From Thermoproteota archaeon (GTDB lineage: Archaea > Thermoproteota > EX4484-205 > JAAOZP01): a stretch of 64,000 nt of DNA. Position numbers and translations under genes: made by a program. The stretch is from assembly GCA_038861395.1 (NCBI GenBank), contig JAWCDE010000001.1, forward strand, positions 73,144 to 137,143. Direction: 5' to 3'. Positions 1-10,814 of this stretch are shown piece after piece (within the stretch, counting starts at the first letter, position 1; every line of letters begins with the position of its first letter). The notes below the pieces were generated by a model. The model saw nothing but the letters and a program-made list of their open reading frames with translations. It was not told the origin of the DNA and searched no databases.

Positions 1-1164
1 TTTAAAAAGGAGTTTAAAATCGTCGTATATTTTCCTCCTAACTCTACAAGCCTTTATGTAGAAATCCTCCTTGTAACCTGCGGAAAGAACGAAAGTGCCC
101 AAGAATATTCTTCTCTTAACTTCTTCACCGAAGCATTCCGTCCTAATCCTAATAAGTTGTTCCTCCCATTTTCCCTTCACAGGCTTCCCCCCGTAGCGGA
201 TCCCGTCGAACCTAGCCAGGTTGCTTGAGCATTCCGCCATAGCTATTATGTAATATGCTGGGAGAGCGTACTTCATAAAGGGCATGGAAACCTCTTCTAC
301 AAGGCAACCAATCTTCTCAAGGATGTTTAAAGCATCATGAGCCTTTTTAGAAACCCTTTTATCAACATTCTCGAAACCCTCTTTTATCACACCTATCTTA
401 AACCCATCAACCTTCTTTGAAATCCCTTCAACATAATTTGGAACAGGCTTGTTGACCGTAGTGGAGTCTCTAAAATCTTTTCCAGATATTACTTGTAGTA
501 GAAGTGCCGTTAACAAAGTATCCTTAGCCATTGGCCCTATCTGGTCGAGGCTGCTTGCATATGCTATCAGACCATAACGTGAAACTCTTCCGTATGTTGG
601 TTTCAAACCCACTATGGAGTTGAAAGCAGCAGGATTCCTTATTGACCCGCCGGTGTCGCTTCCCAGGGAAATGTCAGTGGCTCCGCAGGTGACTGCGACA
701 GCACTGCCCCCACTGCTTCCCCCAGCTACCCTAGAGTGGTCGAAGAAGTTTCTAGTAGGTCCGAAACATGAGGTTTCAGTACTAGACCCCATTGCAAACT
801 CATCCATGTTAGTTTTCCCTATTATAATCGCATCCTCGGCCCTTATCTTCTCTATGACTGTGGCGTCGTAAACCGGGACGTAGTTTTCAAGCATTTTAGA
901 AGAACACGTAGTCCTTAAACCTCTTGTGGAAATATTGTCCTTAACGGCCACTATGAGACCCGCTAGTCTTCCAAGTCTCTCGCCTCCTGCTATTTTTCTC
1001 TTAATCTCCTCAGCCTTCCTTAAAGCGCCTTCTACATCTATCGTTACGAATGCGTTTAGCTCCCTGCTTGCTTCGATCTTTTCGAGAGCTTTATATACTC
1101 TCTCTACAGGGTCAATAGCTTCCTTTTGAATCTCAACTTGATCCAAAACGCTGTTCAACCCCAT
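1..1164 (-). CDS. gatA: Glu-tRNA(Gln)/Asp-tRNA(Asn) amidotransferase subunit A (amidase family), truncated by the window edge
   Basis: Reverse-strand translation from the ATG at 1164 reads MGLNSVLDQVEIQKEAIDP...KTNMDEFAMGSS...GGSSGGSAVAV...GSDTGGSIRNPAAF, the classic amidase-signature Gly/Ser-rich motif. The frame stays open to position 1 and overlaps the gatC stop by 10 nt. It was missed by the ORF track because it runs off the edge. Confidence 0.85.
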   Translation of the reverse strand, partial: MGLNSVLDQVEIQKEAIDPVERVYKALEKIEASRELNAFVTIDVEGALRKAEEIKRKIAGGERLGRLAGLIVAVKDNISTRGLRTTCSSKMLENYVPVYDATVIEKIRAEDAIIIGKTNMDEFAMGSSTETSCFGPTRNFFDHSRVAGGSSGGSAVAVTCGATDISLGSDTGGSIRNPAAFNSIVGLKPTYGRVSRYGLIAYASSLDQIGPMAKDTLLTALLLQVISGKDFRDSTTVNKPVPNYVEGISKKVDGFKIGVIKEGFENVDKRVSKKAHDALNILEKIGCLVEEVSMPFMKYALPAYYIIAMAECSSNLARFDGIRYGGKPVKGKWEEQLIRIRTECFGEEVKRRIFLGTFVLSAGYKEDFYIKACRVRRKIYDDFKLLFK

Positions 1165-1469
1165 AGCTGGCCGGATACAAACCATTTCTCTTCTTTCTCT
1201 CCAGCATTTCTAAAAACATCTTCTTCTCTGAGGGTTTCACCGGGTTCGTCTTCTCTGAGGGTTTCGTTTACGCCTGTCACGTACGTCATAGGTTCAACAT
1301 CCAACTGAAGGCTTCTTATGGTTTCAAAGTATTCAAGTATCTCATTAACATCCCTCAAAAGCCTATCTATTTCCTGCTCGCTCAACGAGATTCTGCAAAG
1401 CCTAGCGTAATGCAGCATTTCTTCTCTAGATATGGTTACTCTCCCGCTCATTTGAACTCCCACCATCAC
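1155..1469 (-). CDS. gatC: Glu-tRNA(Gln) amidotransferase subunit C
   Basis: A 104-aa ORF whose size and sequence (LSEQEIDRLLRDVNEILEYFE) fit GatC. It lies immediately upstream of gatA and overlaps it. Confidence 0.75.
   Translation of the reverse strand: MMVGVQMSGRVTISREEMLHYARLCRISLSEQEIDRLLRDVNEILEYFETIRSLQLDVEPMTYVTGVNETLREDEPGETLREEDVFRNAGEKEEKWFVSGQLWG
1224..1265 (-). repeat. In-frame tandem duplication of about 27 bp inside gatC (ttctctgagggtttc at 1224-1238 and 1251-1265)
   Basis: A direct repeat visible in the sequence. It encodes ETLRE(D/E)... twice in the GatC C-terminal region. Confidence 0.6.
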
Positions 1470-1621
1470 GTGGAATAGCTATTTATTGGTTTCTCTCATT
1501 CGGCCTCCTAATTGCTTCTTTTAACAAAAATAGATTAAAGACGGATTATCAGAATACGTTATTAATTTTTCGGAGGATTTACCATCCTATTATGTACAAA
1601 TGTATGCATGCATTCATTTGT

Positions 1622-1640
1622 TCAGAACTTTTTATATATT
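1622..1640 (+). promoter_or_regulatory. Candidate BRE/TATA box (TTTATATA at 1632-1639) for a leaderless trp operon transcript
   Basis: An A/T-rich TATA-like octamer sits about 25-30 nt upstream of the trpE GTG start at 1664, with a purine-rich stretch upstream of it. Confidence 0.4.
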
Positions 1641-1663
1641 GCTTTATTTTTGCGAAATGACTT

Positions 1664-3073
1664 GTGGCTACTCGAACCATCGTCTCTCTCAGTAATCGGC
1701 CTTCTGGTGGAATTGTTCAAAGACTTGACCTTAAAATCGAGGAAATAAATTATGAAAGCCCACTTGACGTTTTCTCCAAGCTAGTGGACGAATATGATTA
1801 CGTGTATTTGCTGGAATCAGTAACCGGTCCTCAAAAGCTCGCAGAATTCTCCTTCATAGGTTTTGACCCAAGCATGGTAATTAAAGTTAAGAACGGTAGG
1901 GCAGAGATAACGGGCGAGCAGAAGGATGTTACTAAAACCAGTGACCCACTCGAAATCGTAAGGGAAGAGATGAGTGTTAAAGTGCTTCCGCGGAGATATC
2001 CTAGGTTTACCGGAGGTGCTGTTGGCTATGTTTCCTATGATGCTGTAAGATACTGGGAGCGGCTCCCATCTATAGCTGTAGATGATTTGAAGCTTCCGGA
2101 TTTGGAGATGGGCATTTATGATGATGGGATGGTATTTGATCACGTTAGGAGAAAGGCATACTACTTCTATACCATTGAGAATAGGCTGGATATTTTAGAA
2201 AGAAAGCTAGAGTCTAGTAGAAGCTTTAGGAGTTTAAAGTTTAACAAGCCGAAGCCGAATATTTGCAAAGAAGAATATGAGGAAATCGTAACTAAGGCTA
2301 AGGAGTACATTTTCAACGGAGATATTTTTCAAGTAGTATTATCAAAAAGATATAGTTTTAACATCAGTGGAGACCTTATACGCTTCTACAGAGCTCTGCG
2401 TAAAATCAATCCTTCTCCCTACATGTATTTCTTAAAACACGGTAATACTTGGATAATAGGATCAAGCCCAGAAATGCTTGTTAGAGTTGAGGATAGGATT
2501 ATTGAAACATATCCGATAGCGGGTACACGTCAGAAAACTGGGAATCCGAGGAAAGATGATAAGCTGGCGAAAGAACTCTTAGCAGACCCCAAGGAAAAAG
2601 CAGAACACGTAATGCTTGTAGACCTAGCCAGGAACGATTTAGGTAGGGTTGCAGAATACGGTTCGGTGAAAGTGCCCGATTTTATGGTAATACATAGGTA
2701 TAGCCATGTTCAACATATCGTCTCGAGGGTTGTTGGAGTACTTGCATCAGACAAGGATTGCTTCGACGTTCTGAGAACTATGCTGCCCGCTGGAACGGTT
2801 TCCGGAGCCCCTAAAGTCAGGGCGATGGAGATAATCGAGGAGCTTGAGCCAACTAGGAGAGGACCCTACGCTGGTGCAGTGGGATACTTCTCCTACAATG
2901 GTAATGCTGACTTTGCAATAACGATTAGAACCCTCGTAGTAAACAAAAACAGGGGACATATTCAGGTTGGAGCAGGAATCGTTGCGGATTCCGTTCCCGA
3001 GAAGGAATGGTTTGAAACAGAGCATAAGGCAAGAGCCTTACTGAAAGCTCTGAAAGTGGCAGGTGGTGGGTAA
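1664..3073 (+). CDS. trpE: Anthranilate synthase component I
   Basis: A 469-aa protein with a chorismate-binding C-terminal signature ([29 protein letters not shown]). GTG start. First gene of a trpEGDCFBA cluster. Confidence 0.9.
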   Translation: MATRTIVSLSNRPSGGIVQRLDLKIEEINYESPLDVFSKLVDEYDYVYLLESVTGPQKLAEFSFIGFDPSMVIKVKNGRAEITGEQKDVTKTSDPLEIVREEMSVKVLPRRYPRFTGGAVGYVSYDAVRYWERLPSIAVDDLKLPDLEMGIYDDGMVFDHVRRKAYYFYTIENRLDILERKLESSRSFRSLKFNKPKPNICKEEYEEIVTKAKEYIFNGDIFQVVLSKRYSFNISGDLIRFYRALRKINPSPYMYFLKHGNTWIIGSSPEMLVRVEDRIIETYPIAGTRQKTGNPRKDDKLAKELLADPKEKAEHVMLVDLARNDLGRVAEYGSVKVPDFMVIHRYSHVQHIVSRVVGVLASDKDCFDVLRTMLPAGTVSGAPKVRAMEIIEELEPTRRGPYAGAVGYFSYNGNADFAITIRTLVVNKNRGHIQVGAGIVADSVPEKEWFETEHKARALLKALKVAGGG

Positions 3074-3663
3074 TGAGAGTCCTTTTAATAGACAATTACG
3101 ATTCCTTCGTGTACAATATTGCCCAGTACGTGGGGGAGCTAGGCGCGTCTATAATGGTTTTTAGAAATGATGATATCGACGTTAAGAAGGCGAACAAAAT
3201 TAAGCCAGATAGGATAATAATATCGCCCGGCCCAGGCACCCCGGAGGACAGGAGATACTTCGGCAATTGTATTTCAATAATACGTAAGCTAGGCCCTAAG
3301 ATTCCAATTCTCGGAGTGTGCTTAGGACATCAGGGTATTGCATACACTTTTGGTGCAAGAATTTCTCATGCGAGCAGGCTTATGCACGGAAAGACGAGTA
3401 TGATTAAGCATGATGGTAGAGGGATATTCAGAGGAGTACCAAATCCATTCGAGGCAACACGTTATCATTCTCTAGTAGTAAGTGCCTTTGACATGCCCCC
3501 CTTATTGAAAATAACTGCATATTCTCTTGAAGACTGCGAGGTGATGGGTTTAAGACATGTTGAGTACCCTATTGAAGGAGTACAGTTCCATCCGGAGTCT
3601 ATACTTACTCGGGAGGGGAAGAGGATATTGAAGAATTTTCTTGACGGAGGGGTTAAGCTTTGA
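3073..3663 (+). CDS. trpG: Anthranilate synthase component II (class I glutamine amidotransferase)
   Basis: [16 protein letters not shown]...GVCLGHQ catalytic Cys-His motif. The start overlaps the trpE stop (TAATG). Confidence 0.9.
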   Translation: MRVLLIDNYDSFVYNIAQYVGELGASIMVFRNDDIDVKKANKIKPDRIIISPGPGTPEDRRYFGNCISIIRKLGPKIPILGVCLGHQGIAYTFGARISHASRLMHGKTSMIKHDGRGIFRGVPNPFEATRYHSLVVSAFDMPPLLKITAYSLEDCEVMGLRHVEYPIEGVQFHPESILTREGKRILKNFLDGGVKL

Positions 3664-4724
3664 TAAGGGAATGTATAGCGAAGCTGGTTAGAAGAGAAGA
3701 CCTTCTCCCGGAAGAAGCCGAGGAAGCGATGACTGAAATAATGTCTGGTAAAGCAAGCGATGCTCAAATAGCTTCATTCATAACCGCATTGAGGATGAAG
3801 GGGGAGACTGTCGAAGAAATAACTGCATTCGCATCGGTTATGAGGAGGTTCTGTATCCGTATCAATCCTAGCATCAACGGCAGGCTTGTTGACACTTGTG
3901 GTACGGGAGGAGATTCTATTAAGACTTTTAACGTGAGTACTATAGCAGCCCTCATCGCTGCCGGAGCTGGCGTTTACGTAGCGAAGCATGGGAACCGTTC
4001 TGTAACGAGTAAGTGTGGTAGTGCAGACCTCCTTGAAGCATTGGGTTTCAACCTTAACATGAGTCCTGAAGCAGTTAAGAATTCTATAGAAAGTATTGGA
4101 ATAGGATTCATGTTTGCTCCAGTTTTCCATCCAGCTATGAAGTATGCTGTAGGGCCCAGGAGGGAGATAGGAATAAGAACAGTATTCAACATTTTGGGTC
4201 CCTTGACAAATCCCGCTGGTGCTAATGCTCAGCTTCTGGGAGTTTGCGAGAAGCATCTCCTCAAACCCATCGCAAACGTCCTCAAGAACTTAGGTGTGGA
4301 AAGCGCTATGGTAGTATATGGCTCTGATGGATTGGATGAGATTTCAATAACCGGTAAGACCAATGGTTTTCTCGTGTCTAACGAGAAGATTGTTTCAAAA
4401 TATATTGAGCCAGAAGACTTCGGTTTAAAGAGGACAGATAAAGATCACATACAAATATCTTCTAAGGAAGAAAGTGTAAGGGCCGCTTTAGACATTTTGA
4501 GAAATTGTAGAGGAGACGAGAGACTTGTTTCGAAAAGAAACATGGCTTTGATGAACGCAGCGGTTGCAATCTTCCTGGGCGGGAAGGCTAAGAATCTTTC
4601 TGAGGCATTTGAAATAGCAAGAGAGTCTTTAGAAAGCGGTGCAGCCTATAATAAGCTTAGGGAGCTTATAAAATACAGCGGAGGAAACATGTCAGTATTA
4701 GAGGAGTTTGAAAAGAATGTTTGA
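3660..4724 (+). CDS. trpD: Anthranilate phosphoribosyltransferase
   Basis: DTCGTGGD...KHGNRSVTSKCGSADLLEALG motifs. 4-nt overlap with trpG. Confidence 0.9.
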   Translation: MIRECIAKLVRREDLLPEEAEEAMTEIMSGKASDAQIASFITALRMKGETVEEITAFASVMRRFCIRINPSINGRLVDTCGTGGDSIKTFNVSTIAALIAAGAGVYVAKHGNRSVTSKCGSADLLEALGFNLNMSPEAVKNSIESIGIGFMFAPVFHPAMKYAVGPRREIGIRTVFNILGPLTNPAGANAQLLGVCEKHLLKPIANVLKNLGVESAMVVYGSDGLDEISITGKTNGFLVSNEKIVSKYIEPEDFGLKRTDKDHIQISSKEESVRAALDILRNCRGDERLVSKRNMALMNAAVAIFLGGKAKNLSEAFEIARESLESGAAYNKLRELIKYSGGNMSVLEEFEKNV

Positions 4725-5493
4725 CTTTCTCGAGAAAGTTGCCAGAAGCGTTTCAGAGATCATGGAATCAGGGTATTACAATGTAAGTCCTGTTGAGCAC
4801 AGAAAGCTTAGCTTAAAAAAAGCAATATTATCTTGTAATAAGAATCCGGTTATAGCTGAGTTTAAACCAGCATCTCCATCGAAAGGTTTTTTGAGGAAAA
4901 AAGAGGATGCTACACAAATAGCTCTTTCTGCAGAGAAGGCTGGAGCCACTGGCCTCTCGGTTTTAACAGAACCGATATACTTTCATGGTTCCCTAGACAT
5001 TTTTAAAGAAATCAGGAAGACTGTAAACATCCCTATCTTAATGAAGGATTTCATTATAAGCAATGTCCAAATCGAAGCTGCCTCGCAAATCGGAGCAGAT
5101 GCAGTATTGCTTATTCAAACGTTATTCGACAGGGGTTTTTCTCAAGCAGATTTAGAGGAAATGATTTACCTTGCTCACTCTTACGGCATGGAGGTTCTAC
5201 TGGAGGTTCATACTGAAGACGAGTTTCTCAAAGCCGTGAATTCTGAAGCGGATATGGTTGGGATAAACAATAGGAATCTTTCTAATTTGAAAGTTGACAT
5301 AAACAACACTGTAGCCATACTTAGCAAATATGGAAACTGCGGGAAGATAATCGTAAGCGAAAGTGGCATAGAGTCACCCGATCAAATAAGGCTTTTAAGA
5401 GAATATGGTGTAAACGCTTTTCTGATCGGGACTTCGATAATGCTCTCGGAAAACGTTGAGGAAAAAATCAGAGGCTTCGTTGAGGCTGACTAA
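4708..5493 (+). CDS. trpC: Indole-3-glycerol-phosphate synthase
   Basis: A 261-aa TIM-barrel protein (IAEFKPASPSKG...LIGTS) at the expected position in the operon. Confidence 0.85.
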   Translation: MKRMFDFLEKVARSVSEIMESGYYNVSPVEHRKLSLKKAILSCNKNPVIAEFKPASPSKGFLRKKEDATQIALSAEKAGATGLSVLTEPIYFHGSLDIFKEIRKTVNIPILMKDFIISNVQIEAASQIGADAVLLIQTLFDRGFSQADLEEMIYLAHSYGMEVLLEVHTEDEFLKAVNSEADMVGINNRNLSNLKVDINNTVAILSKYGNCGKIIVSESGIESPDQIRLLREYGVNAFLIGTSIMLSENVEEKIRGFVEAD

Positions 5494-5495
5494 AA

Positions 5496-6137
5496 ATGGT
5501 TAGGGTAAAAATATGTGGAATAACTCGGCTTGAAGACCTTGAATTCACCGTAAATGCTGGAGCAGATTTCGTAGGGTTTGTCGTAAACGTCCCTTCTTCC
5601 CCGAGGAATTTGAAGCAAGATACAGCCTCCCGCTTAATATCTGCAGTTCCAACTAACGTTAAGAGCGTGGTTGTCACAATTCCCAAAAGCTCGGAGGATT
5701 TAAACAATATTATGCAGCTCGGTGCAGACTACATACAGTTACATGGCGAGCCTAGTCTGCTAATCCGTTTAGCCGAGGAAGTCCGTGGAGAAGGGATTAT
5801 AGGAGCGGTAAATGCCAGGCTTCCAAATGCTTTAGAGCTGGCTATTGAGTATTCTAAAGTGTTCGAAATAGTACTCGTAGACAGCCTAATGGATAATGGG
5901 TCAGGAGGCTCTGGTAAAACCCATGACTGGAGGCTAAGTAGGATTGTAAGAGAGAGGCTCCAGCCCAGACCATTAATTTTAGCTGGAGGCCTGACTCCGG
6001 AGAATGTCGCAACGGCTGTAAGCATCGTCAAACCATATGCGGTCGATGTTTCAACAGGCGTTGAATCAAAACCAGGCATTAAAGACCCGGAGAAAGTTTT
6101 AGCATTCATTAAGAGGGCAAAGGAGGCGGAAACATGA
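5496..6137 (+). CDS. trpF: Phosphoribosylanthranilate isomerase
   Basis: The N-terminus [10 protein letters not shown] and its 213-aa length fit TrpF. Confidence 0.85.
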   Translation: MVRVKICGITRLEDLEFTVNAGADFVGFVVNVPSSPRNLKQDTASRLISAVPTNVKSVVVTIPKSSEDLNNIMQLGADYIQLHGEPSLLIRLAEEVRGEGIIGAVNARLPNALELAIEYSKVFEIVLVDSLMDNGSGGSGKTHDWRLSRIVRERLQPRPLILAGGLTPENVATAVSIVKPYAVDVSTGVESKPGIKDPEKVLAFIKRAKEAET

Positions 6138-7336
6138 GTAAAACAGTTTATGATTATCCTAAGAGAGGGAAATACGGACGCTATGGAGGGAGATTCGTCC
6201 CGGAAACACTCATGCCCGCATTAGAAGAACTTGAGGAAGCATATTTAAAGTTCAAAGACGATCCGGAGTTTAAGAAGAAGCTGAAGTATCATCTTGAGAA
6301 ATTTGCAGGAAGGCCCACCCCACTATACTATGCAGCAAACCTTACTGAGAAATTTGGTGGTCCTAAGATATATTTGAAGAGAGAGGACTTGGCGCATGGC
6401 GGTGCTCATAAGATAAACAATACGATAGGGCAGGCACTTTTAGCCAAGAGCATGGGTAAGACAAGAGTAATTGCCGAAACCGGTGCTGGTCAACATGGTG
6501 TGGCAACAGCAATGGCCTGTGCAGCACTGGGCTTGAAGGCTGAGATCTACATGGGTGCTGAAGACATGAAGAGGCAACGCTTAAACGTTTTCAGAATGAG
6601 GCTCCTAGGTGCAGAGGTACATCCTGTTGAATCGGGCTCGAGGACGCTTAAAGATGCGATAAACGAGGCTCTGAGAGATTGGGTTACTAACGTTCAGACA
6701 ACATATTATTTAATAGGCTCCGTCGTTGGACCACATCCTTACCCTATGATAGTTAGGGACTTCCAGAGCGTTATCGGTTTCGAGACGAGGGAACAGATAC
6801 TCGCCCAGGAAGGGAGGCTTCCAGATGCAATAGTTGCTTGTGTTGGAGGAGGAAGCAATGCGATCGGAATATTCTACCCATTCATTGAGGATGAAGGTGT
6901 AGAACTCTACGGGGTTGAGGCTGCTGGAGAAGGCCTCCAAAGCAGAAGGCATGCGGCGAGCCTCTGCGCTGGCTCCGAAGGAGTTTTCCACGGAATGCTT
7001 TCATATGTTCTCCAAGACGAGAATGGACAGATATTGACTACCCATAGTATTTCAGCGGGTCTAGACTATCCTGGAGTTGGACCAGAGCATAGTTTCCTCA
7101 AGAGCATTGGGAGAGTTAAATACGATGCGGTCACCGATGAAGAGGCTTTAACGGCTTTCCTCGAACTCTCTAGGCTTGAAGGCATAATACCCGCGTTGGA
7201 ACCATGCCACGCCTTAGCCTACGCTAAGAAGTTGGCTGAAAAAATGAGTAAAGACGAGATACTTGTAGTAAACCTATCCGGCAGGGGAGATAAGGATGTA
7301 GAGGTTGTTGCAAACAGGCTGGGTGTTAAAATATGA
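6134..7336 (+). CDS. trpB: Tryptophan synthase beta chain
   Basis: A 400-aa PLP-dependent protein ([19 protein letters not shown]). 4-nt overlap with trpF. Confidence 0.92.
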   Translation: MSKTVYDYPKRGKYGRYGGRFVPETLMPALEELEEAYLKFKDDPEFKKKLKYHLEKFAGRPTPLYYAANLTEKFGGPKIYLKREDLAHGGAHKINNTIGQALLAKSMGKTRVIAETGAGQHGVATAMACAALGLKAEIYMGAEDMKRQRLNVFRMRLLGAEVHPVESGSRTLKDAINEALRDWVTNVQTTYYLIGSVVGPHPYPMIVRDFQSVIGFETREQILAQEGRLPDAIVACVGGGSNAIGIFYPFIEDEGVELYGVEAAGEGLQSRRHAASLCAGSEGVFHGMLSYVLQDENGQILTTHSISAGLDYPGVGPEHSFLKSIGRVKYDAVTDEEALTAFLELSRLEGIIPALEPCHALAYAKKLAEKMSKDEILVVNLSGRGDKDVEVVANRLGVKI

Positions 7337-8154
7337 GTATTGCTAACGCGTTCCGAGAGCTGAGGAAGCGTAACGAGGGAGCGTTAATAGCCTATGTAAC
7401 TGGGGGGGATCCTTCTCCGAAGCATACTCCTCAAATAGTTAAAGCGCTTGCGGAGGGTGGTGCAGATATTATTGAGATCGGAATCCCCTTTTCCGATCCG
7501 ATAGCGGATGGTCCTGTAATACAGGCTTCTGATGTCCGTGCTCTTGATGCTGGTACAACTCCTAACACCGTTTTCGAAATAGTTAGAGAGGTGAAGAAGA
7601 CTGTTAACATACCCATCGTAATTCTAACTTATTACAACATTATTTTCAGAAGAGGCGTTGGAAGATTTTTGGAGAGTGCTAGTAGGAGCAATGTAGACGG
7701 CGTGATCGTGGCTGACCTGCCTGTTGAAGAGGCTGAGGAGTATAAGAACCATGCTGAGAAGAACGGTATTGACACGGTTTTCCTTGCAGCTCCTTCAACA
7801 CCCTTAAACAGACTTGAGAAGATACTTAAAATGACCTCGGGCTTCCTGTATCTTGTTTCCGTTTTCGGCGTGACAGGTATGAGGGAGCGTATCGCTCAGC
7901 TCACTATACAAACTATAAGGAAAATACGCCCTTATACAATTAACAGGATTCCTCTGGCAGTCGGATTCGGCATATCTAAGCCGGAGCATGTAGGATCTGT
8001 AATATCTTGTGGAGCCGACGGGGCTATAGTGGGCAGCGCATTCGTAAGGCTTATTGAAGAGAAATATGGGGACTTTAACGGTCTTTTGGAAGAGTTGACT
8101 GCTTACGCCAGAATTATGAAACTTGCTACTAAACTCAGATCACAGTTCGATTAA
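7333..8154 (+). CDS. trpA: Tryptophan synthase alpha chain
   Basis: A 273-aa protein (YVTGGDP...[18 protein letters not shown]). 4-nt overlap with trpB. Confidence 0.9.
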   Translation: MSIANAFRELRKRNEGALIAYVTGGDPSPKHTPQIVKALAEGGADIIEIGIPFSDPIADGPVIQASDVRALDAGTTPNTVFEIVREVKKTVNIPIVILTYYNIIFRRGVGRFLESASRSNVDGVIVADLPVEEAEEYKNHAEKNGIDTVFLAAPSTPLNRLEKILKMTSGFLYLVSVFGVTGMRERIAQLTIQTIRKIRPYTINRIPLAVGFGISKPEHVGSVISCGADGAIVGSAFVRLIEEKYGDFNGLLEELTAYARIMKLATKLRSQFD

Positions 8155-8158
8155 GCCC

Positions 8159-8773
8159 TTACCCCGAGCCAGTTTCTTCCAGTTGTTGCTTAAGTGGTTC
8201 AGGTATATCTGGGAAACTAGACTTCATCTTCTGAGATGCTAATACCGATGCTTCTCTTAGGATCTGGTCTGCTTCTCTATCTGTTGAAACATACGGTTCA
8301 TAACCAGATACCTCGCCAGCCTGTATCAGTACACGGTTCATCATATCCTCTATTTGCTTCAGACTCTCCGCAACTTGCGGTGCAACATTCCTTATCTCGC
8401 TCCCAACTCTGTTAACAACATTTACAACGGGACCCAATACTTTAAGAGTATCTTTGAAATCCAGAGTGTCTTCTAATCTTAGTATTATCCTTTCGAGAGC
8501 AAGCTTATTGCTAAGGATTATCTTGCCCATCTTCCTTACTTGAGCAACTTCATTCGCATATACTAGTGCGCGAGGATTATCCCGTTCCACGAGCGCTTTC
8601 TCCACTTCTTTGAAAAGTTGTTCGTCCCTCGTCTTAATCCTGCTGTAAATACGGTCTAGATTCTGCTCCTGAACCTTAAGCATCATGAGAGCCTCTCTCA
8701 GAGTGTCTTGAAAAGCAGGAGTATTCGGTGGCTGGGGAGGAGGCCGGGGTTTCTTCCACGGTAATGGTGACAT
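8159..8773 (-). CDS. ESCRT-III (Snf7/CdvB-paralog) cell-division protein without a winged-helix tail
   Basis: A 204-aa helical protein with a Pro-rich N-terminus and Snf7-like heptad pattern (LREALMMLKVQEQNLDRIYSRIKTRDEQLFKEVEKALVERDNPRALVYANEVAQVRKMGK). It is transcribed divergently from vps4. Confidence 0.6.
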   Translation of the reverse strand: MSPLPWKKPRPPPQPPNTPAFQDTLREALMMLKVQEQNLDRIYSRIKTRDEQLFKEVEKALVERDNPRALVYANEVAQVRKMGKIILSNKLALERIILRLEDTLDFKDTLKVLGPVVNVVNRVGSEIRNVAPQVAESLKQIEDMMNRVLIQAGEVSGYEPYVSTDREADQILREASVLASQKMKSSFPDIPEPLKQQLEETGSG

Positions 8774-8946
8774 CCTTAGTCGTTTAACCTTCTTAACGTG
8801 GCTTAAATATTTTTATTCATGATTTACGGCGGGAAAACATGGATGGAATAAGCTGCGAAGAACATGCTCCAGCGGGTTTGGTTCATAAAACTTTTGAAAA
8901 CGATAAAACTTAATTAGGAAAAGCATTCTATTAAGTCGGAATAGAA

Positions 8947-10101
8947 GTGTCCAGTCCGAGCTGGAGGACTGAGCTTGAAAGAACCGCGATAAGAAAAGCC
9001 CATGAAGCCGTTAGCCTAGATAGTCAAGGAGACTACAAGTCTGCCATAAGGCTCTACAGGGAGACTATTGAAATACTCATGCAGCTGTACACGATATCGG
9101 ATAATGACAGCATGAAGAGAGTGTATCTTGATAGGATAAGAGAGTACCAGAAGAGGGTTGAGAAGCTTGACGGTTTGGCTAAGAAGAAGGAGGAAGTTGT
9201 TTATATTGATAAAACCGAGAAGAAAGAGGAAGACAAGTGGCTCCAGGATGTTGTACTAATAGAGAAACCCTCTGTGAAATGGGATGATATTATTGACTTA
9301 GACGAAGCTAAGAAAAAGCTGTACGTAAACGTGATATTCCCGACGATCAGGCCCGACGTGTACAAGCTACCGTGGTCTACGGGCATTCTTTTCTACGGTC
9401 CACCGGGGTGTGGAAAGACTCTTCTCGCAGCCGCTTTAGCTAATAGTATTAAGGCTACTTTCTACCTGGTTAAAGCATCGTCAATACTTTCCAAATGGCT
9501 TGGTGAGTCTGAAAAGAACATAGCCCGACTCTTTGAGCACGCTAGGAAGAATGCTAGTTCCAGCGAGCCTGCGATAATGTTTATCGACGAGGTTGAGAGC
9601 ATCGTGGGGACGCATATCTACGAAACCGGTGGTGAAGCAAGGGCTAGGCTGCAGTTGCAGCAGGAAATGGATGGTCTCTTAAGCAAGGGCAGGGCTGAAC
9701 ACGTGTATGTTATAGCTGCTACGAATAATCCTTGGCTTCTCCCAGACGCTTTTCTGAGAAGGTTTGAGGAGAGGATATATGTTCCTCCCCCAGATCTGAG
9801 AGCGAGGAAAAGACTGTTCATGTACTTTACTTCTAAGCTCAGCCTTAAACCCCCTATATATTACGATGAGCTCGCCCGCTTGACTGAAGGATATTCTGCT
9901 CACGATATTGAGAACATATGTAAAGACGCTTTTAAAATGACTATTGAAGAATTCTTCGAACAAGGTGATCCGATGAAGGGAAACCCGAGACCCGTAACGA
10001 TGGAAGACCTCGTTAAAGCGATAAGGAACAGGGGAAGTAGCATAAGCAAAGAAAGCCTGGTTAAGATGGAGGAGTGGAGGAAGGAGAAGGGCTCTATCTA
10101 A
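8947..10101 (+). CDS. cdvC: Vps4/CdvC AAA+ ATPase
   Basis: An N-terminal MIT domain (EAVSLDSQGDYKSAIRLYRETIEILMQL) followed by an AAA domain with Walker A GPPGCGKT and the Vps4-type C-terminal region. Confidence 0.85.
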   Translation: MSSPSWRTELERTAIRKAHEAVSLDSQGDYKSAIRLYRETIEILMQLYTISDNDSMKRVYLDRIREYQKRVEKLDGLAKKKEEVVYIDKTEKKEEDKWLQDVVLIEKPSVKWDDIIDLDEAKKKLYVNVIFPTIRPDVYKLPWSTGILFYGPPGCGKTLLAAALANSIKATFYLVKASSILSKWLGESEKNIARLFEHARKNASSSEPAIMFIDEVESIVGTHIYETGGEARARLQLQQEMDGLLSKGRAEHVYVIAATNNPWLLPDAFLRRFEERIYVPPPDLRARKRLFMYFTSKLSLKPPIYYDELARLTEGYSAHDIENICKDAFKMTIEEFFEQGDPMKGNPRPVTMEDLVKAIRNRGSSISKESLVKMEEWRKEKGSI

Positions 10102-10814
10102 ACAGGCTCCTCTTCACGCTTTATTATAACCCTCCTCTCCTTAACAAGCTCGTCTAATAGTTTCTCAACTTCCTCCCTGCTCATCGAAAGGTCTTCCGCG
10201 CATTTTTCGATGCTGAACGCGTTTGAATTCGCTTTAAGATACTCGAAAACCCTTTGCTTCGCCTCCTCCTTCAGAACGATTGCTTGAGGAACCTTGGGGA
10301 AAGTGCTTTCAATCTTCATCAAAGCCAGTTTTTCAGCATCCTTAATCACTTTCTCAGCCTCGTCACCCGTAGTGTCAAGCTTTATCTCGGTTGAGCTCGT
10401 TATTATCGTAGCAGCCTCCTCGAGCTTAGCCCTAACGCCCATAAATTCCTTCTCCAGATTTGGCAATGGCCCCACCTCTTTAACTGCGGACAAAAGCCTG
10501 ATGAGCGAGGGTACCATTCCGTATAATTCCTCAGATTCGATAAGCGTCTCAAGCCTAAGCTTAATAGTCAATACTAGGAGGCTCGAATGGTAGATTATCT
10601 TCGCAACCTTTCTGAGCATGGCTATCTCCTGTGCATACGCTCTAGCCCTTTCATGATCCTTCTTTTCAAGGAAGAAACTAACCTTTTGCAAATACTCGCT
10701 GTCTTTCTGCCTTAGATTCCTAACGATCCTGTCTAAATTGTAAGATACTAGCTCTATGTCTGTCAACGACTCTCTTAGCAGGAACCTCACCCTTTCCACG
10801 TTCTCAATATTCAT
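10098..10814 (-). CDS. cdvB: ESCRT-III CdvB with C-terminal winged-helix domain
   Basis: A 238-aa protein with an Snf7-like helical core and a C-terminal wH-like segment (FEYLKANSNAFSIEKCAEDLSMSREEVEKLLDELVKERRVIIK). It is tail-to-tail with vps4 and overlaps it by 4 nt. Confidence 0.7.
   Translation of the reverse strand: MNIENVERVRFLLRESLTDIELVSYNLDRIVRNLRQKDSEYLQKVSFFLEKKDHERARAYAQEIAMLRKVAKIIYHSSLLVLTIKLRLETLIESEELYGMVPSLIRLLSAVKEVGPLPNLEKEFMGVRAKLEEAATIITSSTEIKLDTTGDEAEKVIKDAEKLALMKIESTFPKVPQAIVLKEEAKQRVFEYLKANSNAFSIEKCAEDLSMSREEVEKLLDELVKERRVIIKREEEPV

Noticed and set aside
614-1129. Plus-strand ORFs of 85 and 67 aa
   Set aside because: They lie inside gatA on the opposite strand, have Pro/Ser/Leu-rich composition, and are spurious.
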